Source: a virus. Taken from it: DNA of 64,000 nucleotides. The notes beneath the pieces were generated by a model. That model worked only from the letters and a program-made list of their open reading frames with translations. It was not told the origin of the DNA and made no database searches. The stretch is from the IMG/VR virus record IMGVR_UViG_3300044838_000071, positions 6,800 through 70,799 of that record. The stretch is one strand, 5' to 3'. Below, one piece after another: positions 52,841-60,975 of the stretch (positions are counted from its first letter, which is position 1; each line of letters begins with the position of its first letter). The position numbers and the translations under genes are program-made.

Positions 52841-52860
52841 TGACCGGGCTGTGCCGGGCT
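52841..52860 (-). promoter_or_regulatory. AGCCCGG-N3-AGCCCGG motif, copy 5
   Basis: Minus strand AGCCCGG CAC AGCCCGG TCA, intergenic. Confidence 0.65.
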
Positions 52861-52877
52861 AGGACTGGCTCTGCGAG

Positions 52878-53525
52878 CTACAGCGGCCGGTAGAGCGTCT
52901 GAGCCGGGGATCCCCGGTAGCCGTCGTTTCTGCGGTCGCCCGTGATGACGAGGCCGAGGCCGCCCCACCACTGGTTCGCGAACGGTCCCTCGGCGAACTC
53001 GCGGCCAGGGACGAAGTCGAGCTCGTGGTAGACGATCTTCGCGTGCGCGGCGATCGCCAGTTCCACGCCCAGCCGCACATCGAGGTTCGCGGTGTCGTGC
53101 AGCAGGATCACGGTGGAGGGCGTCGCCGAGGAGTCGAGCAGCGCGGAGAGATCTTCGCGCGCCCCCTCCGGCGTGTGGTCGCCATCGACGAAGGCGAACT
53201 CGACCATGCAGCCGCGGCCGGCGAGGGACGCCAGCGTGGCCGGCAGCAGCTTGTGGCTGTCGCCGGTGTGGCAGGTCACGTTCCCGAGCGCCGCGACCTC
53301 GTCCGCAGGCAGCACCAGGTCGAAGCTGTGAACGCTGTGGCTGTACGCGGCGATGCGCGCCAGGCTCCCGCCGGCGGCGCTCCCGACCTCGAGCGCGATC
53401 TTCGGTCTCAGCTGCAGCAGGACGCCCTCGAGCGCCGCGCGCTCGCCGAAGGACATCTGCGTGCGCTCGTCGGCGAGCAGGGGGATCGGCGCGTTGCCGA
53501 GCGGCTGCGGGAGATGTGTCGTCAC
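52878..53525 (-). CDS. class I SAM-dependent methyltransferase (Methyltransf_24-like)
   Basis: LEVGSAAGGS...SFD...GDS...FVDGDH...LHD. Confidence 0.85.
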   Translation of the reverse strand: MTTHLPQPLGNAPIPLLADERTQMSFGERAALEGVLLQLRPKIALEVGSAAGGSLARIAAYSHSVHSFDLVLPADEVAALGNVTCHTGDSHKLLPATLASLAGRGCMVEFAFVDGDHTPEGAREDLSALLDSSATPSTVILLHDTANLDVRLGVELAIAAHAKIVYHELDFVPGREFAEGPFANQWWGGLGLVITGDRRNDGYRGSPAQTLYRPL

Positions 53526-54028
53526 GGTCGGCACAGCGCGATCACCTCCTCGTGCCACACGGGCTGACCGGCCAGACGGGCCGTGCTGGCGATGAAGTCG
53601 TAGTCGCCCTCGTAGCGGTCGCCCCACCAGCCGCGCCGCTCGGGCACGTTCGGCACCACGACCATCTGCGTCGAGACGTTGCCGCAGATCAGCGCCGGCG
53701 TGCGCCAGATCGTGTCGCCGTTCGGGTAGCGCATCCTGAAGACGTGCATCCGGCTCGGCTCGATGTCGAGTGCCGCGCGCACGGCCACCAGTGCGCCGTC
53801 GGCGTACTCGTCGTCGTCGTCCATGAACAGCAGCGAGTCGCCCCTGGCGCGGGTCATCAGCTCGTTGCGCGCCCTGTGGCCCCACGGCGCGTCGTCGTTG
53901 ACGCTCACCAGCAGCTCGTCGCCCGGCAGCATCTGCGTCGCGGCGCTGTCGAGCGTGCGCGCCAGCGTCGGACGCCCGCTCGAAGCGACGATGATCGACA
54001 GGCGGATGCGGTTCGCCTTGACGGTCAT
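53522..54028 (-). CDS. glycosyltransferase family 2
   Basis: SIIVAS.GR..L.RTL.S...G..ARN...A.GD.LLFMDDDD. Confidence 0.88.
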   Translation of the reverse strand: MTVKANRIRLSIIVASSGRPTLARTLDSAATQMLPGDELLVSVNDDAPWGHRARNELMTRARGDSLLFMDDDDEYADGALVAVRAALDIEPSRMHVFRMRYPNGDTIWRTPALICGNVSTQMVVVPNVPERRGWWGDRYEGDYDFIASTARLAGQPVWHEEVIALCRP

Positions 54029-54273
54029 CGCCCGCGGATAAGCCTCGCGTCCCTACGCGTCAAGATGCCCCTGAACGCGGTGCGTAGCGGGTACGCGGAC
54101 TTCGGAGGTGTGGGCCGCGCCTTCCTCGGCCGTTTCGTCTGCACGCGCTCGACCACGCTCTGCATGTCGGTCTTGATCGCCACGCCCTCCGGCGCGCGGC
54201 TGACATCGTCGCGCTGACGGCGCTCGTGACGCCGACGCATCCGATCCAAGATGAACCTCTTGCGCAGTCCCAT
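54025..54273 (-). CDS. small Arg-rich protein
   Basis: ORF filling the gap. Confidence 0.45.
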   Translation of the reverse strand: MGLRKRFILDRMRRRHERRQRDDVSRAPEGVAIKTDMQSVVERVQTKRPRKARPTPPKSAYPLRTAFRGILTRRDARLIRGR

Positions 54274-54388
54274 CGCTAGTACCCCCTCTTGATTTGACGC
54301 CGCCACGACCACTCATCCCACGCGTAGACCACGATCAGCGCGACCGTCGAACCGGCGAACACGCCGACCGGGATCAGCAGCGCGAGCT

Positions 54389-55468
54389 TCACGCCGCCAC
54401 CCGGTGCCGTGCTCGAGCGCCGTCCCACGCCTCCTGCCACTTCCAGCCCTGGCCCTCGTACGTGTGCCTCTCGGCGACGATCTCACGGCCACGCGCAGCC
54501 ATCTCCTTGCGCAGCGGCTCGTCCTCCATCAGCCGCACCAGCTGGGCGCGCCAGTTGCGTGACCGTGGAGGCGCCAGCAACCCGATGCCCTGCTCGGCCA
54601 GCCACTCGTACTCCGGCAGCGGAGAGGCGACGAACGGCACGCCGCGGGCGGCGAACTCAATCCCCTTCAGGTAGCTCTTCGCGGCGTTGAAGGCCGTGTC
54701 GCCGAGCGGCACGATCCCGACGTTGAGCACGCCGAGCGCGCTGTGCCACTCGTCGATCCCGAGGAAGCCCGTGCCCTCCACCTGGCCAATGCCCAGCTGC
54801 TCGCCGACATCGTCGGGCTTGCCCACCACGCGGAAGCGCCAGCCCGTCCGCTTCAGCGCCTCGGCGACGCCGCCATGCGTCACCGCGAGGTCGCCGGGGT
54901 GGATCTCCGCCACGCCGGTCCAGCCGAGCGTCAGCCGGCCCGCGTCCCAGCGGGGCTTCTCGAGCAGCGACTGCGGCACGCAGTTCGGCAGCACCGCCAC
55001 ACGGCCATGCGCGCCGTAGCGGTCGGCGAGCGCTGGTGTCGTGACCGTCACGAGATCCGCCATCGCGCACGCCTTGTGCAGGTTCTGCCAGTTGACGCGC
55101 CCGTTCAGCGCGGGGTTGAAGTGGTCGTGGAACGGATGCTGCGCGTGCAGGCAGGAGAAGTCGTCGTCGACGTCCACGATCACCGTCTGGCCCTGCGCCT
55201 GGAAGAGCCGGATCAGCTCCTGCGTCTCCTTCTTCGCGGGACGCTGCATCACGATCACGTCCGCCTCGATCTTCGGGTGCATCTCCTGCCCATCGATGAC
55301 GCGCGATTCCTGGTCCGCGGCGACAATCGAGCCGTCGTGATCCCGGCCGATCGTGTACGTGTTGTCCACCACCACCTCGTGGCCTTCGAGCTCGGCGATG
55401 CGCGCCGGCTCGGCCATGCGGTAGAAGCAGCAGCCCGCCTCGTCGGCCGGGAGGAAGCGGATCCTCAT
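54389..55468 (-). CDS. glycosyltransferase, GT-B (GT4-like)
   Basis: GC.FYR..P...DVDDD...ADLVTVTT..LA...LPN...PL....FN.AKS.LK..E..A.GVP.VAS. Confidence 0.9.
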   Translation of the reverse strand: MRIRFLPADEAGCCFYRMAEPARIAELEGHEVVVDNTYTIGRDHDGSIVAADQESRVIDGQEMHPKIEADVIVMQRPAKKETQELIRLFQAQGQTVIVDVDDDFSCLHAQHPFHDHFNPALNGRVNWQNLHKACAMADLVTVTTPALADRYGAHGRVAVLPNCVPQSLLEKPRWDAGRLTLGWTGVAEIHPGDLAVTHGGVAEALKRTGWRFRVVGKPDDVGEQLGIGQVEGTGFLGIDEWHSALGVLNVGIVPLGDTAFNAAKSYLKGIEFAARGVPFVASPLPEYEWLAEQGIGLLAPPRSRNWRAQLVRLMEDEPLRKEMAARGREIVAERHTYEGQGWKWQEAWDGARARHRVAA

Positions 55469-55571
55469 CGGCGGGTCTTGCGGTCGGGGATCTTCGCCTG
55501 CGCCGCTGCGAGGACCGCCTCCATGCGCCGCGCGTCGGCCTTGATCACGACGACCACCACCGCGCGCGCCA

Positions 55572-56201
55572 TCACGCCTCCTCTGCGAGGCGGACGCCGC
55601 TGCCGCCGATCGAGTAGCCCGTCAGCTCGCCCTTGCAGATCCGGCCCCAGAGCTCGCTGTCGTGGATCTTGTGCGCGATGACCCACGCGCCCTTCTGCAC
55701 GCGCTGGCCGGCGACTTCGAGATCGCACGGCGCCACGTAGCTCTCGACCACGTCGACGCCCGCAGCCATCTCGTTGTGCTGCACGTCCGAGCGGCGCGAG
55801 TCGGCGAGATACGTGTGCGCGGCCTTCTCGATTTCCTGCGGGCTGACGATGTCGCCCTGCGAGTCGACCTGGTCGGGCTCGAGCACGACGCCGTAGACGA
55901 TCTGCTTGCTCTCGTCCTTCCAGATCGGCACGACGATCTCGGCGTCGGACTTCTTGAGCGCCGGATACTTGCTGTGCACCGCCGCCTTGACCTTGCCCTC
56001 CTCGGGCTTGCCGGACGCGCGCGAGAGCGCGTTGGCGGCGTGCGATTGGTCGTGGATCGGGTATTCGCGCTTGTCGGGGATCGCGAACGCCGAGCTGGGA
56101 AGCTTCTCGCGCTCCTCGGTGGTGAGAGTGGCCATGGCTGCTCCTTTCCGGCTCCCGCCGTAGCTGTCGATGTGCAGATCGCTGGGGGTCGCGTCGGGCA
56201 T
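55572..56201 (-). CDS. XkdF-like prohead serine protease with N-terminal DUF6582-like domain; two in-frame starts (56201, 56135)
   Basis: KQIVYGVVLEP...D.QGD...EIEKAAH..H...VVESY...GAW...W..I.KGELTGYSIGG. Confidence 0.88.
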   Translation of the reverse strand: MPDATPSDLHIDSYGGSRKGAAMATLTTEEREKLPSSAFAIPDKREYPIHDQSHAANALSRASGKPEEGKVKAAVHSKYPALKKSDAEIVVPIWKDESKQIVYGVVLEPDQVDSQGDIVSPQEIEKAAHTYLADSRRSDVQHNEMAAGVDVVESYVAPCDLEVAGQRVQKGAWVIAHKIHDSELWGRICKGELTGYSIGGSGVRLAEEA

Positions 56202-56482
56202 CAGAAGTGGGAGGGTTCGACCTCGATCGGGAATTCGTCGAGCGCCACGATTTCGCCCGATTCGTCCTGGCCCTCCACGCGCCCCCACCATGTGCCCGCC
56301 GGCGAGAGCTTCACCTGCTCTTCCCAGACGCCCTGTGCGTTGCGGACCGCTACCGGCGTCGCGACCGCGCCGTGCGGATCCTTGAAGCGCGCGACGATCG
56401 TGCCGGGGTCGAACGGCAGCCCGGTGCGGTCGTCGGTGTACGTCGTCACTGCACGGATGCGCTGCCCCTCCTTGAACTTCAT
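56201..56482 (-). CDS. small Ig-like virion protein
   Basis: G...R....TD...DP.T.....P.G...GV......AGTW..R.EG. Confidence 0.65.
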   Translation of the reverse strand: MKFKEGQRIRAVTTYTDDRTGLPFDPGTIVARFKDPHGAVATPVAVRNAQGVWEEQVKLSPAGTWWGRVEGQDESGEIVALDEFPIEVEPSHF

Positions 56483-58476
56483 TCGCCACCTCCGGCGGGT
56501 TCGAGGGCGGTTTCCGCGCGCACGACGGGGCTGAGCTTCGTCTTCGCGCGGCCGAACTTCTTGACGTACACGCGTGCCTGCGCGCTCGAGACGCTGGACG
56601 CCGGCGCGAGCTGGAGGCGCAGCCGCGTCACGAGCTGCATGCTGGCGGCTGAGCCCACGCTCGCCGGCGCGAGTGGCACCGGTTGACGGCCCACGAGCGC
56701 CAGACTCGCCGAGCTCGCGCTGGCCGCCGGACTCAGCACGACCTCCGAGCGCGTGCGCAGCGCCATCGACGCGCCGCTTTTCGAGCCCGCCGTGGACATG
56801 TCGATGAACTGCGGCGTGTAGAGCGTCAGCGAGGCCGAGGACTGGCTGGCTGCGGCGGCGAGCGCGACCGTGACCGGATGGCTCAGCGTGGCGCTCGCCG
56901 AGCTTGAGCTGGCCGCGGGCGCCAATGGCAGTTTCGTCGGGGCGTGGACGCTGACCGACGCCGAGCTCTGGCCGGTGGCCGTCAACGACAGCTTCGGCGT
57001 GCCTCTGACGCTCGCCTGCGCGGCGCTGCTCGCCTGCGCCGCTGCGAGCGGCAGTCGCGGCGTGGCCGTCGGCTGTGCGCTCGCCGCGCTCGAGGCTTTC
57101 GCCGCAGCCAGCACCGCGAGGGCCTTGGCTGTGAACACGGCAGACGCCCCGCTCGAGGAGCCCGCCGCAGCCAGCCCGAGCTTCGGCGTGGCCCTGACGC
57201 CCGCGCTCGCCGCCGACGAGGACGACGCCGCTGCGAGCACGAGCGGCGCGCCGGGGTTCGCTTCAAATTTCAGCCCCGTGTTGCCCGACACGTTGGTCGA
57301 GTTGGCGCCCGCATAGAACAGCGCGCCGCCTTCGGCCGTGATGTCTCTGACGCGCGTCCAGTCGAACGTCGCGAGACCGGACGCCTTTTTCAGTTTCGCC
57401 GCTTCACCCGGTTTGCCCGAAGCGAGGCGCGCCGGTTCGCCAGATTTGCCGTTCGTGGTGAAGGTCGTGACGGTCTGCGTCGAGCCACCGGCGAACAGCA
57501 GGCCGGGGCCGAAGCGTTCGATCGTGACCGTGCCGGTCGCAGTGGCGGCGGCGCTCATTTCGGTGTTGCTCAACAGGACCGTCCCGGCCGGGATGCCTGA
57601 GCCGGCGATTTCCTCACCGATGACCAGCGCTTCGCCCGTCACCTGCGCGATCGTTTTCGAGCCGTTCGTCGTCGAGATCGACGCCGCGCGTGGGGCCTTC
57701 GCGGAGTTGTCGTTGATCGTCGTGAACGTGTTCGAGCCGGTCACTTCGAGCGCCGGATAGCCCACCGCTGCGGCGGCGAACGTCAGCGTGCCATAAGTCT
57801 TGCCGCCGCCAACGAACTTCAGCACCGCCGCCGCCGCAGTGGTGGTGCCCAGCACTTCGATCGTGCAGCCCGCACCGTTGAACGTCAGATTCGTCGTCGT
57901 CGTGAGGTCCCACGGGTTCGTAGCTGCTTCGATCCGCAGCTTGATCGTGCTGTTTTCGATCGTCAGCGTCCGCGTCAACGCGCCCGTGCCGGAGAACGCG
58001 CCGATGTCGAGTTCCTGGCCGTTCGTGTTGAGGATCCCCTGCGTGTGCGACACCAGCGACGTCGGCGCCGTTTTCAGTTTGTCTTCCAGCTTGTAGCTCG
58101 AACCGTTACCTTCAAATTTCGTCGGCGGCATGATCTTCCCCGCCGTCTTGATCGCCAGCTGCGTGCCGACCGTCGCTTTGAAGTTGACCGTCGATCCCGC
58201 TTCCGTCGTGAACGTCATTTCCGGCCCGAGTTCCAACGCAATATTCCCCGCCGGGGCGGTGCCGTCGCCGACGGTGATCGTCCCTACCCCGATGCTCAGA
58301 GCACCTTTGTACGTTGAGGCGAGCAGGCTGCGGCATTTCGCGGTCACAGCCCCGACTTCGAGGTTGAAGGACGAGCCTTTCAGGTCGATTTCGTCTTCCG
58401 CCGCAGGCACGCCTTCCGGCGACCACGTGTTCGCCGTGCCCCATTTCCCCGATTTGGCGAGTTTCTTGACCGCCAC
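56479..58476 (-). CDS. fibre-like virion protein: beta-solenoid N-terminus plus about 21-aa Ala/Ser repeats
   Basis: SGKW....TWS..GVP...D autotransporter-like start; AGGAGG-GTG. Confidence 0.75.
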   Translation of the reverse strand: MAVKKLAKSGKWGTANTWSPEGVPAAEDEIDLKGSSFNLEVGAVTAKCRSLLASTYKGALSIGVGTITVGDGTAPAGNIALELGPEMTFTTEAGSTVNFKATVGTQLAIKTAGKIMPPTKFEGNGSSYKLEDKLKTAPTSLVSHTQGILNTNGQELDIGAFSGTGALTRTLTIENSTIKLRIEAATNPWDLTTTTNLTFNGAGCTIEVLGTTTAAAAVLKFVGGGKTYGTLTFAAAAVGYPALEVTGSNTFTTINDNSAKAPRAASISTTNGSKTIAQVTGEALVIGEEIAGSGIPAGTVLLSNTEMSAAATATGTVTIERFGPGLLFAGGSTQTVTTFTTNGKSGEPARLASGKPGEAAKLKKASGLATFDWTRVRDITAEGGALFYAGANSTNVSGNTGLKFEANPGAPLVLAAASSSSAASAGVRATPKLGLAAAGSSSGASAVFTAKALAVLAAAKASSAASAQPTATPRLPLAAAQASSAAQASVRGTPKLSLTATGQSSASVSVHAPTKLPLAPAASSSSASATLSHPVTVALAAAASQSSASLTLYTPQFIDMSTAGSKSGASMALRTRSEVVLSPAASASSASLALVGRQPVPLAPASVGSAASMQLVTRLRLQLAPASSVSSAQARVYVKKFGRAKTKLSPVVRAETALEPAGGGE

Positions 58477-58487
58477 GGCCTCACCTC

Positions 58488-59261
58488 CTAGAGCCGACGC
58501 ACCTCCACGTTCACCGAGCCGCAGTCGAGGCAGACGTGCACCGCACCATTGCCGTGACTGCCCTGCCGCAATTGCAGGTTCTCGATCGCGTTGTTGCTCC
58601 GGTCGCCGTCGATGTGGTGGACCTGCTCGCTGCGCAGCAATGGTCGGCCGAGATCTCGCGCCATGACGAGGCGATGCTCCATGACGTAGCCGTTGCAATT
58701 CGCCATCGCTGCGAGCACGTCTGCGGAGTCCAGGAAGACCATCCGGTAGCCCTCCCGAGTGAGCCGAGGCTTAGGTCTCCACGCGGTGTCCTTCCGGTGC
58801 TGCGTAGCCAGTCCCGCTCGACGGAGAATCTGGCTGATGGTGCTCTGCGTGGCCCCGAACTCTGATGCGATTACTTCTTGGCTTACGCCCTCGCGACGCC
58901 TCGCAATGATCGCGTCTATCTCGGACTGCGGCCGTTTCGACCAGCCACCCTCCTTACGGAGAACGCCCCCGGCGCGTACGACCGCATTGCGGATCGCAAC
59001 GCGCCCGACACCTTCACGTCGCGCCAGCGTTTCTAGGCTGGCACCAGCCTCATACTCACGCCGGAGCCCGCGGCCTTGACTCTCATTGAGCTTCGTCTTG
59101 GCGAAGCTCGGCGCTCGCCGTTTGACGCCGATGCGATCCAGCGCATTGCATATAGCTGCGGTTGAGCATCCGTGCTCCGAAGCCAGATCGTAGATCGTCG
59201 CGCCAGCCTTGTACTGCGTGCCCAACTGCCTTGCCTCGGTGGAATCGAATCGTGGTTGCAT
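58488..59261 (-). CDS. HNH endonuclease with three N-terminal HTH repeats; leaderless
   Basis: GYVMEHRLVMA..LGR.L...EQVHHIDGDRSNN.IENL; TACCAT-N6-ATG. Confidence 0.9.
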   Translation of the reverse strand: MQPRFDSTEARQLGTQYKAGATIYDLASEHGCSTAAICNALDRIGVKRRAPSFAKTKLNESQGRGLRREYEAGASLETLARREGVGRVAIRNAVVRAGGVLRKEGGWSKRPQSEIDAIIARRREGVSQEVIASEFGATQSTISQILRRAGLATQHRKDTAWRPKPRLTREGYRMVFLDSADVLAAMANCNGYVMEHRLVMARDLGRPLLRSEQVHHIDGDRSNNAIENLQLRQGSHGNGAVHVCLDCGSVNVEVRRL

Positions 59262-59300
59262 ACACACATGGTAGCAACCGTGCGGACGGAAAACTACATG

Positions 59301-59852
59301 CTATTTTAGTTCCCCACGAAGTTTACCGCTGCCTACAGTCGGCGGCGTCTGCGTCGCGGAGATCACGGTGCTCGCGCACGTGCCCCACATGATCGCGTTG
59401 CCTTTGTTCGTTTCCGCGCTGTCGACGAGGGCCCAGCCGATGACGGTCGCTTCCCCCGATTCGATGTTGTTGAAGACGAGTTCGGCCGTCGTTTCGATGA
59501 CCGACGTTTCGCCTTCCACGGCGGCTTTGATGTTCGCGACCGGCACTTCCTTGCGGGCGTAGCCGACCGCGCCAGTGGCCTCCGTGATCGTGACGCCCGT
59601 GCTCGAGCTGGTCGGCACGACCGTCGTGAGCGCGAGGAACACTTTCGCCGGTTTGGAGAGCGGCGCGTCTTCCTTGCCCCAGCGGTAGTTCAGCGACGAG
59701 GCCGCCGCTTTCTGGCTGAAGCCCGACATCGCCGAGATGAACCTGTCCCACAGGCCCAGCTGGTCCGTGACGCCCGCCCAGCGTGCGAGCTCGCGCCGCT
59801 GACGACCGGTGACGCCTGGGGCGAAGCCCCCGAGTGTGATTGCGTGATCCAT
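59301..59852 (-). CDS. small fibre/whisker structural protein
   Basis: MSGFS...LAL.T..P...E.T...GYAR...F...W.L.D...GN...G; core may start at ATG 59729. Confidence 0.7.
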   Translation of the reverse strand: MDHAITLGGFAPGVTGRQRRELARWAGVTDQLGLWDRFISAMSGFSQKAAASSLNYRWGKEDAPLSKPAKVFLALTTVVPTSSSTGVTITEATGAVGYARKEVPVANIKAAVEGETSVIETTAELVFNNIESGEATVIGWALVDSAETNKGNAIMWGTCASTVISATQTPPTVGSGKLRGELK

Positions 59853-59855
59853 GCT

Positions 59856-60221
59856 CTAAGCCTCCGCGGTCGCTGTTGCCTGAGCCGGCGCGAGGTCGAG
59901 GAAGACCTCTCCCGGCACCTGCTCCTCGGCGTCGTCACGCGGAGCGTGCAACGCGTCGAAGCCCGCCTGCGTCATGCGGTAGTTGCCGTCCTTGTCCACC
60001 TCTGCGAGACCGTGCTCGACAAGCGGCTCCAGGCAGACGAGCACCTGGTCTTCGCTCATGTCCGCCGTGTGCGGATCTTCGAGCAGCCGCTCTGTCAGCT
60101 GCTGCAGGTTGTAGGAACGGACGCTTTCCTTCGCGCCGCCCTCTGCCTTGATGAGGGCCTTCTCGTTCTTCGCCCACACCGGTAGATGGCCGAGCACGCG
60201 CCGGCCGAGATCGCTCAACAT
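59856..60221 (-). CDS. winged-helix-like hypothetical protein
   Basis: L..LVEHGLAE...G.YRMTQAG..AL; AAAGGAG RBS. Confidence 0.6.
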   Translation of the reverse strand: MLSDLGRRVLGHLPVWAKNEKALIKAEGGAKESVRSYNLQQLTERLLEDPHTADMSEDQVLVCLEPLVEHGLAEVDKDGNYRMTQAGFDALHAPRDDAEEQVPGEVFLDLAPAQATATAEA

Positions 60222-60235
60222 GATTCTCCTTTCGA

Positions 60236-60252
60236 GGGTCGATTAGACTCGG
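60236..60252 (+). promoter_or_regulatory. 17-bp promoter-like repeat, copy B
   Basis: GGGTCGATTAGACTCGG; TAGACT is 6 nt before GTG 60256. Confidence 0.65.
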
Positions 60253-60255
60253 CGC

Positions 60256-60975
60256 GTGTTCACGCTTACGTGTGACCGTTGCGGCGAGACCTTTCAGCGC
60301 GTCAAGCCCCAGCGATACGCACATGCCTACTGCTCACGTGCGTGCGCCAACCGCGCGAGTGCACGGACTGGGACCGCGCATCCAAGATGGACGCGCATCA
60401 CGCTTGACTGCCCTGTCTGTGGCACCGCTTTCGAGCGGCCACGGTGCCGAATACGCAAGAGTTGGAACTGCTGCTCAGCTACGTGTGATTCCGAGTACCG
60501 CCGCACGCTGACCGGTGCCGCACGCTACAACTACGCCGGTCCGCCGAAGCCGATGGTCTGCGAGGTCTGCGGCGCCGTCAAGCACGTTCAGGGCAAGTAC
60601 ATGCAGACCCGCTTCCGCGCCTGCTCGCGAAGCTGCGCTGCGGTTCTCGGACAGCGCACGTGGCCGCGTACCTCGAGCTTGGAGGCGACGATGTTCGCCG
60701 CGTTCGAGCGTGCCGGTATGCACCCCGAAGATCAGTACGAAATCGACCGCGCCACGACCGACTTCGCTTTCCCCGCCGCGCGGCTCATCGTCGAGTGCGA
60801 CGGCTCCTATTGGCACTCGCTGCCTGCGGTCAAGGCGCGCGACCAACGACGCGACGGCTGGCTGCGGTCGCTCGGTTGGTGCATCCTGCGTCTCCCTGAA
60901 GCGGACATCCAAGAGGACGCTGACCGCTGTGTAGCGAAGGTCAAGCGGATGCTGGCACTACGGCCCGTCGGCTGA
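60256..60975 (+). CDS. DUF559/Vsr-like endonuclease with three Zn-finger repeats (antisense)
   Basis: C..CG..F...CSR.C x3; DFA.....IVECDGSYWH.....RD..RD..L...GW.ILR. Confidence 0.88.
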   Translation: MFTLTCDRCGETFQRVKPQRYAHAYCSRACANRASARTGTAHPRWTRITLDCPVCGTAFERPRCRIRKSWNCCSATCDSEYRRTLTGAARYNYAGPPKPMVCEVCGAVKHVQGKYMQTRFRACSRSCAAVLGQRTWPRTSSLEATMFAAFERAGMHPEDQYEIDRATTDFAFPAARLIVECDGSYWHSLPAVKARDQRRDGWLRSLGWCILRLPEADIQEDADRCVAKVKRMLALRPVG

